A stretch of DNA of 64,000 nucleotides from an uncultured Gammaproteobacteria bacterium (GTDB taxonomy: Bacteria; Pseudomonadota; Gammaproteobacteria; JAADHQ01). The notes under the pieces are model-generated. The model was not told where the DNA came from and did not search any database. It was given only the letters and a program-made list of their open reading frames with translations. The translations under genes and the position numbers were made by a program. Where the stretch lies: the NCBI GenBank assembly GCA_947258755.1, contig CAMYJO010000002.1, forward strand, positions 208,909-272,908, in the 5' to 3' direction. Shown piece after piece: positions 1 to 9,843 of the stretch. Positions within the stretch are counted from its first letter, which is position 1. The number at the start of each line of letters is the position of its first letter.

Positions 1-1
1 C

Positions 2-1780
2 GCACACTTTCATTATGATAGTAACGGCAATGTCGATGGCGTCGAAGGCGTCACGCGCGACATTACCGAACTTAAAAATGCCGAGGCGCAGATCTTTAAG
101 GAAAAAGAGCGCGCTCATATTACCCTGCAATCTATTGGTGATGGCGTTATCACTATGGATGTTAGCGGTAATATAGAATATTTAAATCCCTATGCCGAAC
201 AGATGGTAGGCTGTTCCAGTGATAGTGCAGCCAATATGCCATTAGCATCCTTGCTGAGCTTCACTGATGCTGCCAAGCATGTGCCATTGGATGACCCTGT
301 ATCCATGTGCCTGGAAGAAGAGCAGGTAGTAGTTTTCAATGAGCATGTGCATGCGGTGCGCAAGGATGGAGCCCGCTTTGCAGTGAAATTAACCGTCTCG
401 CCGATGCGTGACCTACAGGGGCGGATTCAAGGCGTGGTCATGGTTCTGCATGATGCTTCAGAGATGTGGAAGATGGCGCAACAGCTCAGCTACCAGGCCT
501 CACATGATGCCTTAACCGGGCTTATTAATCGCCGCGAGTTTGATCAGCAATTAGCACAGGCTTTGGAGCGATGCCGAAAAACGGGTAGGCAACATACACT
601 CTGTTATATGGATCTTGATCAATTCAAGATTGTTAATGACACCTGTGGGCATATAGCCGGAGACAGATTGTTGAAGCAGCTATCGCAGGTGCTTGTTTCC
701 GATGTGCGAGATAATGATGTATTTGCCCGACTTGGCGGCGATGAGTTTGGCCTGTTGCTAGAGGGCTGTTCGTTGGGTAAGGCGGAATCCATAGTCGAGA
801 AAGTTCGCAAGAAGGTTAAAGGCTTCCGCTTTACTTGGGAAGATAAGAATTTTGAGATCGGTGTCAGTATCGGTATGGTGCCGATAGACAAGGATAGTGT
901 TAGTGTGACCGAGTTACTGAGTGAGGCCGATGCGGCCTGCTATGTCGCCAAGGATCTGGGACGTAATCGCATTCATAAGTATCAGCAAGGGGATTCCGAG
1001 CTGGTTAAGCATAAAAGCGAAATGCAGTGGGTTAATCGTATTCAGCAGGCCCTGGAAGAGGATCGATTGGTCTGCTATTGCCAATCGATACAACCGCTCG
1101 AATGTGATCTCGAATTGTATGCCGAAATTCTGATCAGGATGTTGGATGAAAATGGTGACATTGTCTTGCCGGGCGCGTTTATCCCGGCTGCAGAACGTTA
1201 TCATTTGATGTCTGATATAGACCGCTGGGTGATCCGTAATGTGTTTGCGTGGCTGCAAAAAATGGAGGTGGGTGTTGAGCAACACTACACGATCAATTTG
1301 TCTGGTCAATCTGTCGGTGATAACAAGATATTGCAATTTATTATTGATAATCTGAATGAGTTCGAAATTGATCCATCCTGTATTTGTTTCGAAATCACAG
1401 AAACGGCAGCGGTTGCTAATCTTGATAGTGCGCGCGATTTTATTGCTCATTTGCATGAGCTGGGTTGTAAGTTCGCTCTCGATGATTTTGGCAGCGGCCT
1501 GAGTTCATTTGCCTATTTGAAAAACCTGGATGTGGATTACTTGAAAATTGACGGTAGTTTTGTTCAGGATATCAATAATGACCCGGTTGACTATGCTATG
1601 GTGGCGTCCATCAATCGCATTGGCCACCTGATGGGCATCAAAACGATTGCAGAGTTTGTCGAAGACAGTGAAATATTGGAAAGATTGAAAGAAATCGGTG
1701 TGGATTATGTGCAGGGCTATAATATCGATATACCAAAACCACTTTCCGATTTATCCGCAGGAAAAATAGCGAGGGTATAA
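2..1780 (+). CDS. PAS/PAC-GGDEF-EAL signalling protein (diguanylate cyclase/phosphodiesterase), 5' end outside window
   Basis: Frame stays open from base 2. Intact GGDEF motif ([10 protein letters not shown]) with an RxxD I-site (RDND) just upstream. EAL-type domain follows ([14 protein letters not shown]..., DDFGSG). PAS-like N-terminal region. Confidence 0.85.
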   Translation, partial: AHFHYDSNGNVDGVEGVTRDITELKNAEAQIFKEKERAHITLQSIGDGVITMDVSGNIEYLNPYAEQMVGCSSDSAANMPLASLLSFTDAAKHVPLDDPVSMCLEEEQVVVFNEHVHAVRKDGARFAVKLTVSPMRDLQGRIQGVVMVLHDASEMWKMAQQLSYQASHDALTGLINRREFDQQLAQALERCRKTGRQHTLCYMDLDQFKIVNDTCGHIAGDRLLKQLSQVLVSDVRDNDVFARLGGDEFGLLLEGCSLGKAESIVEKVRKKVKGFRFTWEDKNFEIGVSIGMVPIDKDSVSVTELLSEADAACYVAKDLGRNRIHKYQQGDSELVKHKSEMQWVNRIQQALEEDRLVCYCQSIQPLECDLELYAEILIRMLDENGDIVLPGAFIPAAERYHLMSDIDRWVIRNVFAWLQKMEVGVEQHYTINLSGQSVGDNKILQFIIDNLNEFEIDPSCICFEITETAAVANLDSARDFIAHLHELGCKFALDDFGSGLSSFAYLKNLDVDYLKIDGSFVQDINNDPVDYAMVASINRIGHLMGIKTIAEFVEDSEILERLKEIGVDYVQGYNIDIPKPLSDLSAGKIARV

Positions 1781-2163
1781 TGCGATTACTACATACGATG
1801 CTTCGTGTTGGCAATCTGGAAAGGTCGATATCTTTTTATACCGAGATTCTCGGAATGAAATTACTACGCCAAAAAGATTACCCGGACGGTAAGTTTACCT
1901 TGGCATTTGTTGGTTATGGTGAGGAATCAGATAATACCGTGATAGAGCTGACTTTTAACTGGGACGTTGACAGCTATGATATAGGTGCTGGTTTTGGTCA
2001 TCTGGCCATCCAGGTGGATGATGTCTATCAGGCAACAGAGAGGATTCGTCAGCAGGGCGGTAAGATTATCAGGGACGCTGGACCAATGAATGCGGGGACC
2101 ACAATCATTGCTTTTGTCGAAGACCCTGATGGTTACCAGATTGAGCTGATTGGGCCACGCTAG
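1780..2163 (+). CDS. gloA: lactoylglutathione lyase (glyoxalase I)
   Basis: 127 aa with a typical GloA sequence ([17 protein letters not shown]..., GHLAIQVDD..., [10 protein letters not shown]). Start overlaps the upstream stop by 1 nt (TAATG). Confidence 0.9.
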   Translation: MRLLHTMLRVGNLERSISFYTEILGMKLLRQKDYPDGKFTLAFVGYGEESDNTVIELTFNWDVDSYDIGAGFGHLAIQVDDVYQATERIRQQGGKIIRDAGPMNAGTTIIAFVEDPDGYQIELIGPR

Positions 2164-2256
2164 CGGGTGTTTTGATTATCCTGAGTGCTTACTAGCGCTT
2201 GGCAGCGGGACAGGATAAAATACCGCCATTAGATGCTAAATCCACGAGGAAACTCT

Positions 2257-3936
2257 ATGTGTGCTGATGAAACATCATCGACTCCAAGTAATTTTATTCG
2301 TCATATTATTGATGATGACATCAAGGCCAATAAGAACGACGGCAAGGTCGCGACGCGTTTTCCGCCCGAGCCGAATGGCTATCTGCATATCGGCCACGCA
2401 AAATCGATTTGCCTCAATTTTGGCATCGGCAAAGATTATAATGGCACCTGTAACCTGCGTTTTGATGATACCAATCCACACAAAGAAAACCTGGAATTTG
2501 TTGAGGCGATCAAGGAAGATGTGCGCTGGCTGGAATACGATTGGGATGACCGGCTCTTTTATGCATCAGATTATTTTGAAGCGCTGTATCAATTTGCTGT
2601 GCAGTTGGTTGAGAAGCAACTGGCCTATGTCTGTGATCTGAACGCCGAGCAAATAAGGGACTATCGCGGCACCTTGACCGAGCCCGGACGCGACAGTCCC
2701 TACCGCAATCGCACAGTAGAAGAAAACCTTGACCTGTTCAAGCGTATGCGCGACGGCGAGTTCGAGGATGGTAGTAAGGTCTTGAGGGCGAAGATAGACA
2801 TGGCCTCGCCGAATATCAATTTACGCGATCCGACAATCTATCGTATTCGCCATGGCGTCATACATCATCAGACCGGCGAGTCATGGTGTATCTATCCAAT
2901 GTATGACTTTACCCATTGCTTGTCCGATTCCATCGAAGGCATCACGCATTCGCTGTGTACGCTGGAGTTTGAAGATCATCGACCATTGTATGATTGGTTT
3001 CTTGATAGCCTTGATGTCGATTGTCATCCACAACAAATAGAATTTTCAAGGTTGAATCTCGAATACACGGTGACTAGTAAGCGCAAATTGACCGAGTTGG
3101 TAGAGCAGGGTCATGTCGAAGGCTGGGATGATCCGCGTATGCCGACCATAGCCGGTTTGAGACGGCGAGGTTTTACATCCGCGTCCATTCGCGATTTTTG
3201 CAATCGTATCGGTGTGACCAAGGCCGATAACCTGGTCGAAATGGGTGTATTGGAGAGTTGCATTCGTGAAGACCTGAATGACAATGCGCCCAGACGCATG
3301 GCCGTCCTGCATCCGCTCAAGGTGATCTTAAGCAATTACCCTGAGGGCAAGCAGGAAGAGCTACAACCCGCTAACCACCCACAGCATGAGGCTATGGGTA
3401 CGCGTAAGGTGATTATGGAGCGCGAACTTTATATAGACAGGAATGATTTTGCCGAGATACCGCCAAAGAAATTCAAGCGCCTGATCCCTGGCGGTGAAGT
3501 ACGCCTACGTAATGGCTACGTTATCCGTTGCGATGAAGTGATCAAGGATGATAAGGGTGAGGTGATAGAATTACATTGCAGCTATGATGAGGCTACTCTC
3601 GGCGCCAATCCTGAGGGCCGCAAGGTCAAGGGTGTGATCCACTGGCTGTCGGCCAATCATTCGATCAAGGCAGAAATACGTCTGTATGACCGCCTGTTTA
3701 CCCATCCATTACCGGATGCAAGCAAGGAAGGTAAGGATTACAGCGAATACCTGAATCCGGAATCATTGCTGACCCTGACGCAATGTTATGTAGAGGCAAG
3801 TCTCGTCGATGCCCAGCCAGGCGATACCTTTCAGTTTGAGCGCGAGGGTTATTTTAGCCTGGATAAAGCACGATCCGCCAATGACATGCCTGTCTTCAAC
3901 CGCACCGTGACCTTGCGCGATACCTGGAAAAAATAG
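2257..3936 (+). CDS. glnS: glutaminyl-tRNA synthetase
   Basis: [10 protein letters not shown]..., class-I HIGH motif ([14 protein letters not shown]), full GlnS length. I prefer the start at ATG 2257, which has GAGGAAA 6 nt upstream, over the ORF-track start at 2233. Confidence 0.9.
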   Translation: MCADETSSTPSNFIRHIIDDDIKANKNDGKVATRFPPEPNGYLHIGHAKSICLNFGIGKDYNGTCNLRFDDTNPHKENLEFVEAIKEDVRWLEYDWDDRLFYASDYFEALYQFAVQLVEKQLAYVCDLNAEQIRDYRGTLTEPGRDSPYRNRTVEENLDLFKRMRDGEFEDGSKVLRAKIDMASPNINLRDPTIYRIRHGVIHHQTGESWCIYPMYDFTHCLSDSIEGITHSLCTLEFEDHRPLYDWFLDSLDVDCHPQQIEFSRLNLEYTVTSKRKLTELVEQGHVEGWDDPRMPTIAGLRRRGFTSASIRDFCNRIGVTKADNLVEMGVLESCIREDLNDNAPRRMAVLHPLKVILSNYPEGKQEELQPANHPQHEAMGTRKVIMERELYIDRNDFAEIPPKKFKRLIPGGEVRLRNGYVIRCDEVIKDDKGEVIELHCSYDEATLGANPEGRKVKGVIHWLSANHSIKAEIRLYDRLFTHPLPDASKEGKDYSEYLNPESLLTLTQCYVEASLVDAQPGDTFQFEREGYFSLDKARSANDMPVFNRTVTLRDTWKK

Positions 3937-3937
3937 T

Positions 3938-4016
3938 GGCGAGTAGCTAGTGGCTAGTAGCTAGGTGAATGACTCTTTGTTTTTGATTGTCCTAGCCACT
4001 CGCAACTAGCTACTGT
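3938..4016. repeat. large imperfect inverted repeat (arms ~3938-3965 and ~3991-4016) directly after the glnS stop; left arm is built of 7-mer tandems TAGTGGC/TAGTAGC
   Basis: Seen directly: tagtggcgagtagctagtggctagtagctagg versus cctagccactcgcaactagctactg (reverse-complement related), separated by a T-rich loop. Possible glnS terminator structure. Confidence 0.5.
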
Positions 4017-4022
4017 TCTTTG

Positions 4023-4080
4023 GTAGGAGCGGCCCTTGGCCGCGAATCATATAATATCGCGAGCAAGGCTCGCTCCCACA
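4023..4080. repeat. 58-bp palindromic intergenic repeat, copy 1 (REP-like hairpin element)
   Basis: gtaggagcggcccttggccgcgaatcatataatatcgcgagcaaggctcgctcccaca is identical to 4307-4364. Internal ~19-bp imperfect stem (ggagcggcccttggccgcg / cgcgagcaaggctcgctcc) around an AT-rich loop containing TATAAT. Confidence 0.8.
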
Positions 4081-4306
4081 GGGATTGTGTCGGGTTTTTA
4101 TTTGAATGATTTTCACGGATGAAAAAATAACCAGCATAAAAAATACTTTTTCAGCACGCTTGCCTGCTGGATCGTAACTATTCATTTACTCGTAATGGAT
4201 GAGGGGGGCAATGCAGCGGCAGCATTTATGCTGAACTATTGTGAAGCCCAAACAGAAGTCTTGTTAGGTTTTTCGGTTTTTCCTAGCCACCCGCTACTAT
4301 GTTCCA

Positions 4307-4364
4307 GTAGGAGCGGCCCTTGGCCGCGAATCATATAATATCGCGAGCAAGGCTCGCTCCCACA
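4307..4364. repeat. 58-bp palindromic intergenic repeat, copy 2 (direct orientation)
   Basis: Exact copy of 4023-4080. The 5' flank (cctagccacccgctact...) is also related to the 5' flank of copy 1 (3991-4022). Confidence 0.8.
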
Positions 4365-4467
4365 AGAGCTGTGTTAAAAAAGCCATGGAGAAAGATGGTG
4401 TTAGCTGAGGAGTTTTTCACGGCACCATCAAACAGACTACTCTCCATGGCTATAAACTGTTACTAAG

Positions 4468-5061
4468 TCAGTAAGAAGGCCTGTTAAAAAGCCGGGCCAG
4501 CCAGTAATCGATGCTGAAGAACCTTCCCGCGCCGATAAAAAATAATACCAGTAGCATAATGAAGTAGGTTGCCGCGAACTCGATACCATTTTTCAGTACC
4601 GTGATCGATCCATGCTCGGTGATCCATTCATAATTGCTATTTTCCTTGAGGATCTCTCTGGCGCGCTCTTTGCGTATATTGGCTTCCTTGATCTTGTCTT
4701 TTTTCCATTCCCAGGGCACGGTGAGGGTGTCATCCGGGAGCGCATGCCAGCCATTTTCCCAATGCGCAGTGCCGGCAGCGACAGCCATCGTGAACATCAG
4801 CGGAATCGCTATCCAGCGTACGGCCAGGCCTACAAGCAGTAAAATGCCGCCGATTAATTCAGTTAGGCCTGCGAGCCAGACCATTAATTCAGGGGCTGGT
4901 AGACCCAAGGATCCGAAGTACCAGGCGGTGCTTTCTATATTTGATAATTTTCCAAGCCCTGCGTATATGAATATTGGTGCCAGGAAAATTCTCAGCGCCA
5001 GTGGGCCTAGAAAATCGAGGATGCGAGTTTTGTCGAGCAGGTTTTGCAAGGTCGTGAGCAT
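4468..5061 (-). CDS. DoxX-family membrane protein (4th gene of the bufferin-like operon)
   Basis: 197 aa with a hydrophobic DoxX-like N-terminal half (FLAPIFIYAGLGKL..., LAGLTELIGGILLLVGL). Begins 25 nt downstream of the DUF2063 gene on the same strand. Confidence 0.8.
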   Translation of the reverse strand: MLTTLQNLLDKTRILDFLGPLALRIFLAPIFIYAGLGKLSNIESTAWYFGSLGLPAPELMVWLAGLTELIGGILLLVGLAVRWIAIPLMFTMAVAAGTAHWENGWHALPDDTLTVPWEWKKDKIKEANIRKERAREILKENSNYEWITEHGSITVLKNGIEFAATYFIMLLVLFFIGAGRFFSIDYWLARLFNRPSY

Positions 5062-5085
5062 GGTAGGTCTCCCGTGCTGTTATTG

Positions 5086-5868
5086 TTATCGTGTGCGCAC
5101 GCCCAGTAGAATATCGGCTTCGCGCAATTGCTCCATTATTTCCAGTCCACCGGTTATGACAACGCTAGGGTCTGAATGGTTCAGCTCATCGGCGATATTT
5201 TTTAATAATTGCCCGCCGGTCTGTTCGCTATCCAGTTGCAGGCTTTGGATCATATGTGCTGTCACTGGATTGATTTCCATGAAACCGATTTCATCATCGC
5301 GGTCGCGGTAAACGATCAATGTCGTTATTTGCTCAGGCGGTAATGTGGGTTGATAATCAGGGCCGATATGTTGAACATCAAATTGGTAGCTGAGTAGCCA
5401 GGCCAGCGGTGATAAAACGGGAATGTTCTGCAGAAAATCACCTTGCGGGTCTATGCCGGTCTCATCGATCTCCTGCTCGGCAACGGTCAGTGCCAGCTCG
5501 ACCCATTCGTAATGGGCCAGTTCCTGCATGAATGCAGGATCGTTGCTGTTATCTCGTTCGTTTTCCAGGTAATCGAGAAACTCTTCGGATATTTCCAGAA
5601 AGTAAGGGGTCTTGCAATGATGGCGGGAGAAAAAGTCCCGGACCATGGCGTGCCAGGTTTTATCGTCAGTGAGATCACGCAGAACAGGAAAGCCGCTGGA
5701 AATAAAGCCTTCCACATTATTGTAAAACAGCTCGCGGTAGATACCCATGCGACGATCTTCGACATCATCCGGTTTGCTGTGGATGTCGGGGTTACGTATA
5801 TGCGCAGCAAATTCTAGCTGTTTGCTGATGAATTCTGGCTGCTTATCCTTGTGCGCTTTGCTGTTCAA
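5086..5868 (-). CDS. DUF2063-family protein (BufC-like partner of the MNIO enzyme)
   Basis: LEFAAHIRNPD..., RRMGIYRELFYNNVEGFISSGFPVL is typical of DUF2063. Proposed start is TTG at 5868 with GGAG 6 nt upstream. The ORF-track ATG at 6033 would overlap the DUF692 gene by 190 nt. Confidence 0.7.
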   Translation of the reverse strand: MNSKAHKDKQPEFISKQLEFAAHIRNPDIHSKPDDVEDRRMGIYRELFYNNVEGFISSGFPVLRDLTDDKTWHAMVRDFFSRHHCKTPYFLEISEEFLDYLENERDNSNDPAFMQELAHYEWVELALTVAEQEIDETGIDPQGDFLQNIPVLSPLAWLLSYQFDVQHIGPDYQPTLPPEQITTLIVYRDRDDEIGFMEINPVTAHMIQSLQLDSEQTGGQLLKNIADELNHSDPSVVITGGLEIMEQLREADILLGVRTR

Positions 5869-6697
5869 TGCGACTCCATTTTTCCTGCATGTTGGAAATG
5901 GTGGCAATTTCCTGTAACAGTTCGGCCAGTGGGGGTATGTTAAAATCACGTTCCAGTAAGGTTGGGACCACGCCAAGATGAGCGTAGGTCTGATCGAGTA
6001 ATTGCCAAACGGGATCAATAACATCGGCGCCATGTGTGTCGACGATCAGATCTTCGGCTTCCTGATAATGGCCGGCAACGTGTATATAGACCACGCGTTC
6101 TGCAGGTAATGCCTTCAGGTATTGTTCTGCATCGTAGCGGTGATTAACGCTATTGACGTAAATATTGTTTACATCGAGTAACAAATTGCAATCGGCCTCG
6201 TCGAGAACGGCATTGATAAAGTCAATTTCCGTCATCTGCTGGCCGGGTGCGGCATAGTACGAGACGTTTTCCATGGCAATGCGTTGTTCCAGCGTGTCCT
6301 GGACAATACGAATGCGTTCAGCAACGTATTTTACCGCTTCTTCTGTGAACGGGATGGGTAGCAGGTCATACAGGTGGCCGCTGTCACTGCAATAACTGAG
6401 GTGTTCGGTATAGGTTTTGATATCGTGATCTTTTAGGAAAACCTTGAGCTTTCGTAAAAAATCCATGTCCAGTGGAGATGGGCTGCCGATCGATAAAGAC
6501 AGTCCATGGCTGACAAACGGATACTGTTCGGTGAAATGGCGGAATTGTTTACCTAAGCTACCACCAACACCGATCCAGTTTTCCGGCGCAACTTCCATGA
6601 AGTCAATTTGTGTAGGACTGGCCTCGGCCAACGAATCCATCATGGATCGTCGCAGGCCAAGACCGGTTCCTTGCACAGGGTACTGTGTTTGCTTCAT
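5843..6697 (-). CDS. DUF692 / multinuclear non-heme iron oxidase (MNIO, BufB/MbnB-like)
   Basis: GTGLGLRRSM..., TIM-barrel DUF692 pattern (FMEVAPENW..., HVAGHYQ...). Start taken at ATG 6697 (MKQTQYP), 14 nt after the precursor stop. The ORF-track start 6742 lies inside the upstream gene. Confidence 0.8.
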   Translation of the reverse strand: MKQTQYPVQGTGLGLRRSMMDSLAEASPTQIDFMEVAPENWIGVGGSLGKQFRHFTEQYPFVSHGLSLSIGSPSPLDMDFLRKLKVFLKDHDIKTYTEHLSYCSDSGHLYDLLPIPFTEEAVKYVAERIRIVQDTLEQRIAMENVSYYAAPGQQMTEIDFINAVLDEADCNLLLDVNNIYVNSVNHRYDAEQYLKALPAERVVYIHVAGHYQEAEDLIVDTHGADVIDPVWQLLDQTYAHLGVVPTLLERDFNIPPLAELLQEIATISNMQEKWSRIEQQSAQG

Positions 6698-6710
6698 GAA
6701 GTGGCAGACC

Positions 6711-7244
6711 TTATTTCTTGCCGCCGCATTTGCCTTCACCACATTTGCCTTCTTTGGCTTTTTCCATCTTTTCAGAGCCTTTCATGCCGCCACATTTACC
6801 TTCGCCACATTTACCTTCCATGCCTTTTTTCTTGGCGTTTTTGTACATTTTCTTTTCTTCCATGGTGATCATGCCATCTTTGTTGGCATCCATACGATCG
6901 AACTTGCTTGCATGGTAGGCATCAAATTCAGCACGACTAACACTACCGTCACCGTCTTTATCCATTTTATTCATCATCTTGCCGCCGCATTTGCCCTGTT
7001 TGGCTTTCATGCCGCCGCACTTACCTTCGCCGCATTTGCCTTCTTTGGCTTTCTCGGTTTTCATGCCGCCGCATTTGCCTTCACCACATTTACCTTCCAT
7101 AGCAGCAATCTGCATATAGCCACTGCTGAGTTGTGTGGCGGAGAAAGGATTTTCATTGGCCTGTACTGCAGAGCTTGCAGTCACAGACAGGAATGCTGCA
7201 CCCAGTGCAGCCGCCAGAGGTTTTTGCGTATACTTCTTAGCCAT
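6711..7244 (-). CDS. secreted Cys-repeat RiPP precursor candidate (bufferin-like) with two EF-hand loops
   Basis: Start ATG 7244 has GAGGAG 8 nt upstream. Sec signal peptide ends AVQA|NE. Four EGKCGEGKCGG repeats plus one GKCGG give 9 Cys. Two canonical EF-hand loops, DKDGDGSVSRAE and DANKDGMITMEE, sit between the repeat blocks. Immediately upstream of DUF692. Confidence 0.75.
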   Translation of the reverse strand: MAKKYTQKPLAAALGAAFLSVTASSAVQANENPFSATQLSSGYMQIAAMEGKCGEGKCGGMKTEKAKEGKCGEGKCGGMKAKQGKCGGKMMNKMDKDGDGSVSRAEFDAYHASKFDRMDANKDGMITMEEKKMYKNAKKKGMEGKCGEGKCGGMKGSEKMEKAKEGKCGEGKCGGKK

Positions 7245-7415
7245 ATTTGTGCTCCTCGAGGATAATAATATATTAAAGTTGACCAATTAATTCTGTATCA
7301 GGCCGGTCTTCAGTGGTTGCAGCATCATGACTGCAGCGACTGTCTTGCCTTGAATGATAGGACTTGATCATTTACAGGAAGTTTCATTATAGGGGCAAAA
7401 AATCACAAATTTATA

Positions 7416-7853
7416 TCAAATTTTATCGATTAATCGCTTCAGGCAGTGGATATAGGTCAGTTCGTCAGGTAATTGACTATTATTTTGCGCCTGCCACAAA
7501 CTTTCACCAAGGCATTCCATCATCGCATGCTCGGCTTCATGTGGGTCACCGGCCTTTATTAGTATTTGTTGATATAGCTGTGTAATGCCGGATGGACGGT
7601 CTGTGCTGAATTGTTCGCGCAGACTGATGTGCATACCCATGTGCAGGAACGGATTGGTTTGACCCTGTTCCGGCAGGTAGTCCTGGTCGAGGTCATCAAG
7701 TTCGTTCTCCAGCATGGATTGATATTCCGGATGCATACTGACGACTTCGGCAATCATATTTTCCAGTGCCTCTATTGGTTGGCGGTTTTTGTATTTTAGC
7801 CACGCAGATCTGAACAGGTTTCTGATCTGATTTTTGTCCTGACCAACTATCAT
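7416..7853 (-). CDS. DUF1841-family protein
   Basis: 145 aa conserved hypothetical protein. Directly follows nth with a 3-nt gap on the same strand. Confidence 0.6.
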   Translation of the reverse strand: MIVGQDKNQIRNLFRSAWLKYKNRQPIEALENMIAEVVSMHPEYQSMLENELDDLDQDYLPEQGQTNPFLHMGMHISLREQFSTDRPSGITQLYQQILIKAGDPHEAEHAMMECLGESLWQAQNNSQLPDELTYIHCLKRLIDKI

Positions 7854-7856
7854 GTT

Positions 7857-8504
7857 TTACTCACTATCCAGGTCTTCGGTCTTGTGTTTGAATTCACACA
7901 AGTCTTCGATGATACAGGAACCACAGCGAGGTTTACGTGCGATGCAGGTGTAGCGTCCGTGTAGGATCAGCCAGTGATGGGCGTCAACTTTAAATTCATC
8001 AGGCACAAATTTCAGTAGTTTCTTTTCAACTTCAATGACATTTTTACCCGGCGCTAGCCCAATGCGATTCGAGACCCGAAAGATATGCGTGTCAACTGCA
8101 ATGGTGGGCTGACCAAAGGCAGTGTTCAAGACGACATTGGCCGTTTTTCTACCAACACCCGGTAATGCTTCCAATGCAGCGCGCTCAGCCGGTACCCGTC
8201 CCTTATGCTGATCGACCAGGATCTGGCATGTTTTAATGACATTGGCACCCTTGGTATTGAACAGGCCAATCGTCTTGATGTATTCCTTCACCCCGGCTTC
8301 ACCGAGCTTTAGCATAGCCGCAGGAGTTTTGCATTTTTTGAACAAGGCACGGGTTGCCTTGTTAACACCGACATCGGTTGCCTGTGCCGATAGCATGACC
8401 GCGATCAATAACTGAAAGGTATTGCTGTATTGCAGTTCTGTTTGCGGTGATGGGTTATGTTGTTTTAGGCGCTGAAAAATCTCGTAGCGTTTATTGGCAT
8501 TCAT
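7857..8504 (-). CDS. nth: endonuclease III
   Basis: HhH-GPD motif (LPGVGRKTANVVL) and a C-terminal 4Fe-4S cysteine cluster (CIARKPRCGSCIIEDLC). Sits downstream of rnfE as in the E. coli rsx-nth operon. Confidence 0.9.
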   Translation of the reverse strand: MNANKRYEIFQRLKQHNPSPQTELQYSNTFQLLIAVMLSAQATDVGVNKATRALFKKCKTPAAMLKLGEAGVKEYIKTIGLFNTKGANVIKTCQILVDQHKGRVPAERAALEALPGVGRKTANVVLNTAFGQPTIAVDTHIFRVSNRIGLAPGKNVIEVEKKLLKFVPDEFKVDAHHWLILHGRYTCIARKPRCGSCIIEDLCEFKHKTEDLDSE

Positions 8505-8521
8505 ACACGCAAACCCCGCTT

Positions 8522-9208
8522 TCAGGAACGGGCAGTTTCAGTCTGGGGGATGATTAATGGTTCAGTACGGGCGGCCATTCTACGATCAATGATATTCTTC
8601 AGCGCGATAATCAGCCCCAGGCCGATAAAGGCCCCCGGTGGCAGGATCGCTAGCAGGAAGCCGGGGTAGTCATCGCTGAAGGTAATGGTCAGGTCGCGTG
8701 CGGCCTGGCCGAACATCAGGTCGGCATTGGCCAGTAAGGTGCCTTGACCCAGTAGCTCGCGAATGCCACCCAACAGCACCAGTACAGCTGTAAATCCCAA
8801 TCCCATCATCAGACCATCAACAAAGGAATCTTGTACCGAATGTTTTGACGCGTAAGATTCCGCCCTGCCAATGATGGCGCAATTAGTGACGATCAGTGGA
8901 ATAAAAATGCCCAGGGTTTTATACAGGGGATGAAAATAAGCGCTCAGTACCAGCTCAACCGTAGTTACCAGGGCGGCAATGATCATGACAAAGACGGGAA
9001 TGCGAATCTCACTGCTGACGAAATTCCTGATCATGGAAACAATCACGTTGGATCCAGTAAGTACCAGCAGGGTGGCAATGCCCAGCCCCAGGCCATTGAT
9101 GACGGTTGATGTAACCGCCAGCAGTGGGCAAAGCCCGAGTAATTGCACCAGTGCTGGGTTGTTTGTCCAAAGACCATTTTTGATCAGTGTGTTTGTTTCT
9201 GCACTCAT
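8522..9208 (-). CDS. rnfE: Rnf/Rsx electron transport complex subunit E
   Basis: Polytopic membrane protein of the RnfA/E family ([20 protein letters not shown]). Confidence 0.9.
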   Translation of the reverse strand: MSAETNTLIKNGLWTNNPALVQLLGLCPLLAVTSTVINGLGLGIATLLVLTGSNVIVSMIRNFVSSEIRIPVFVMIIAALVTTVELVLSAYFHPLYKTLGIFIPLIVTNCAIIGRAESYASKHSVQDSFVDGLMMGLGFTAVLVLLGGIRELLGQGTLLANADLMFGQAARDLTITFSDDYPGFLLAILPPGAFIGLGLIIALKNIIDRRMAARTEPLIIPQTETARS

Positions 9209-9843
9209 GATTCTTTTTTTCCGCTGTCAGCAAACAAGGTCTGCTTATGTGTCCTGAAGTATAGCAAAGTATTATGCACTGCCTTGACGATAGCGCGTGG
9301 TGTGATCGTGGCGCCAGTAAACTGGTCAAAAAAGCCGCCATCTTTCTTCACTTTCCAGTGTTTCTCTGACGGGTTTTGTAAGGATTTTTCATTAAAGCCC
9401 AGTATCCAGTCAGATCGTTGTTCTTCGATAGCGTCGCCCAGGCCCGGCGTTTCAAGGTGACTGATGACGCGCACGCCAGTCAGTATGCCATTGAGATCGA
9501 CGCCCACTAATAGTTTTATTTTGCCATTATAGCCATTCGGGGCAATGCTCGCGAATACGGCAGCAACTGGCGTACCTTGCTTGCGCGCGATGTAGACATC
9601 GACCGGTTCATCAGAACCCAGTAGCTCGGCATCACTGATCTTGATGCTGTCATGGTACGGGTCATTGTCATGCATCTCGGGTTTGATGATGTTATGCAGG
9701 CTTTGCAGCAGGGCATCGCGTTCGTTCTGCATAATTCTGTCTTTGGTAGCATTATGGGTAATACTCAGTATCGAGGTGCCAACAAAGGCGAACAGCGACA
9801 GCAGGAGTGCCGAGCGAAACATGTTTTCCCGTGCACTTTTCAT
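9205..9843 (-). CDS. rnfG: Rnf/Rsx electron transport complex subunit G (FMN-binding)
   Basis: Signal/anchor followed by an FMN-binding domain ([11 protein letters not shown]). Overlaps rnfE by 4 nt. Confidence 0.85.
   Translation of the reverse strand: MKSARENMFRSALLLSLFAFVGTSILSITHNATKDRIMQNERDALLQSLHNIIKPEMHDNDPYHDSIKISDAELLGSDEPVDVYIARKQGTPVAAVFASIAPNGYNGKIKLLVGVDLNGILTGVRVISHLETPGLGDAIEEQRSDWILGFNEKSLQNPSEKHWKVKKDGGFFDQFTGATITPRAIVKAVHNTLLYFRTHKQTLFADSGKKES

Noticed and set aside
6444-7265. 273-aa plus-strand ORF (FAAFAFFGF.../HLPSPHLPS low-complexity), and the 66-aa ORF 6718-6918
   Set aside because: Antisense shadow of the Cys/Gly/Lys-repeat precursor gene. Repetitive GC-rich codons keep the opposite strand open. 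It has no RBS and no domain.
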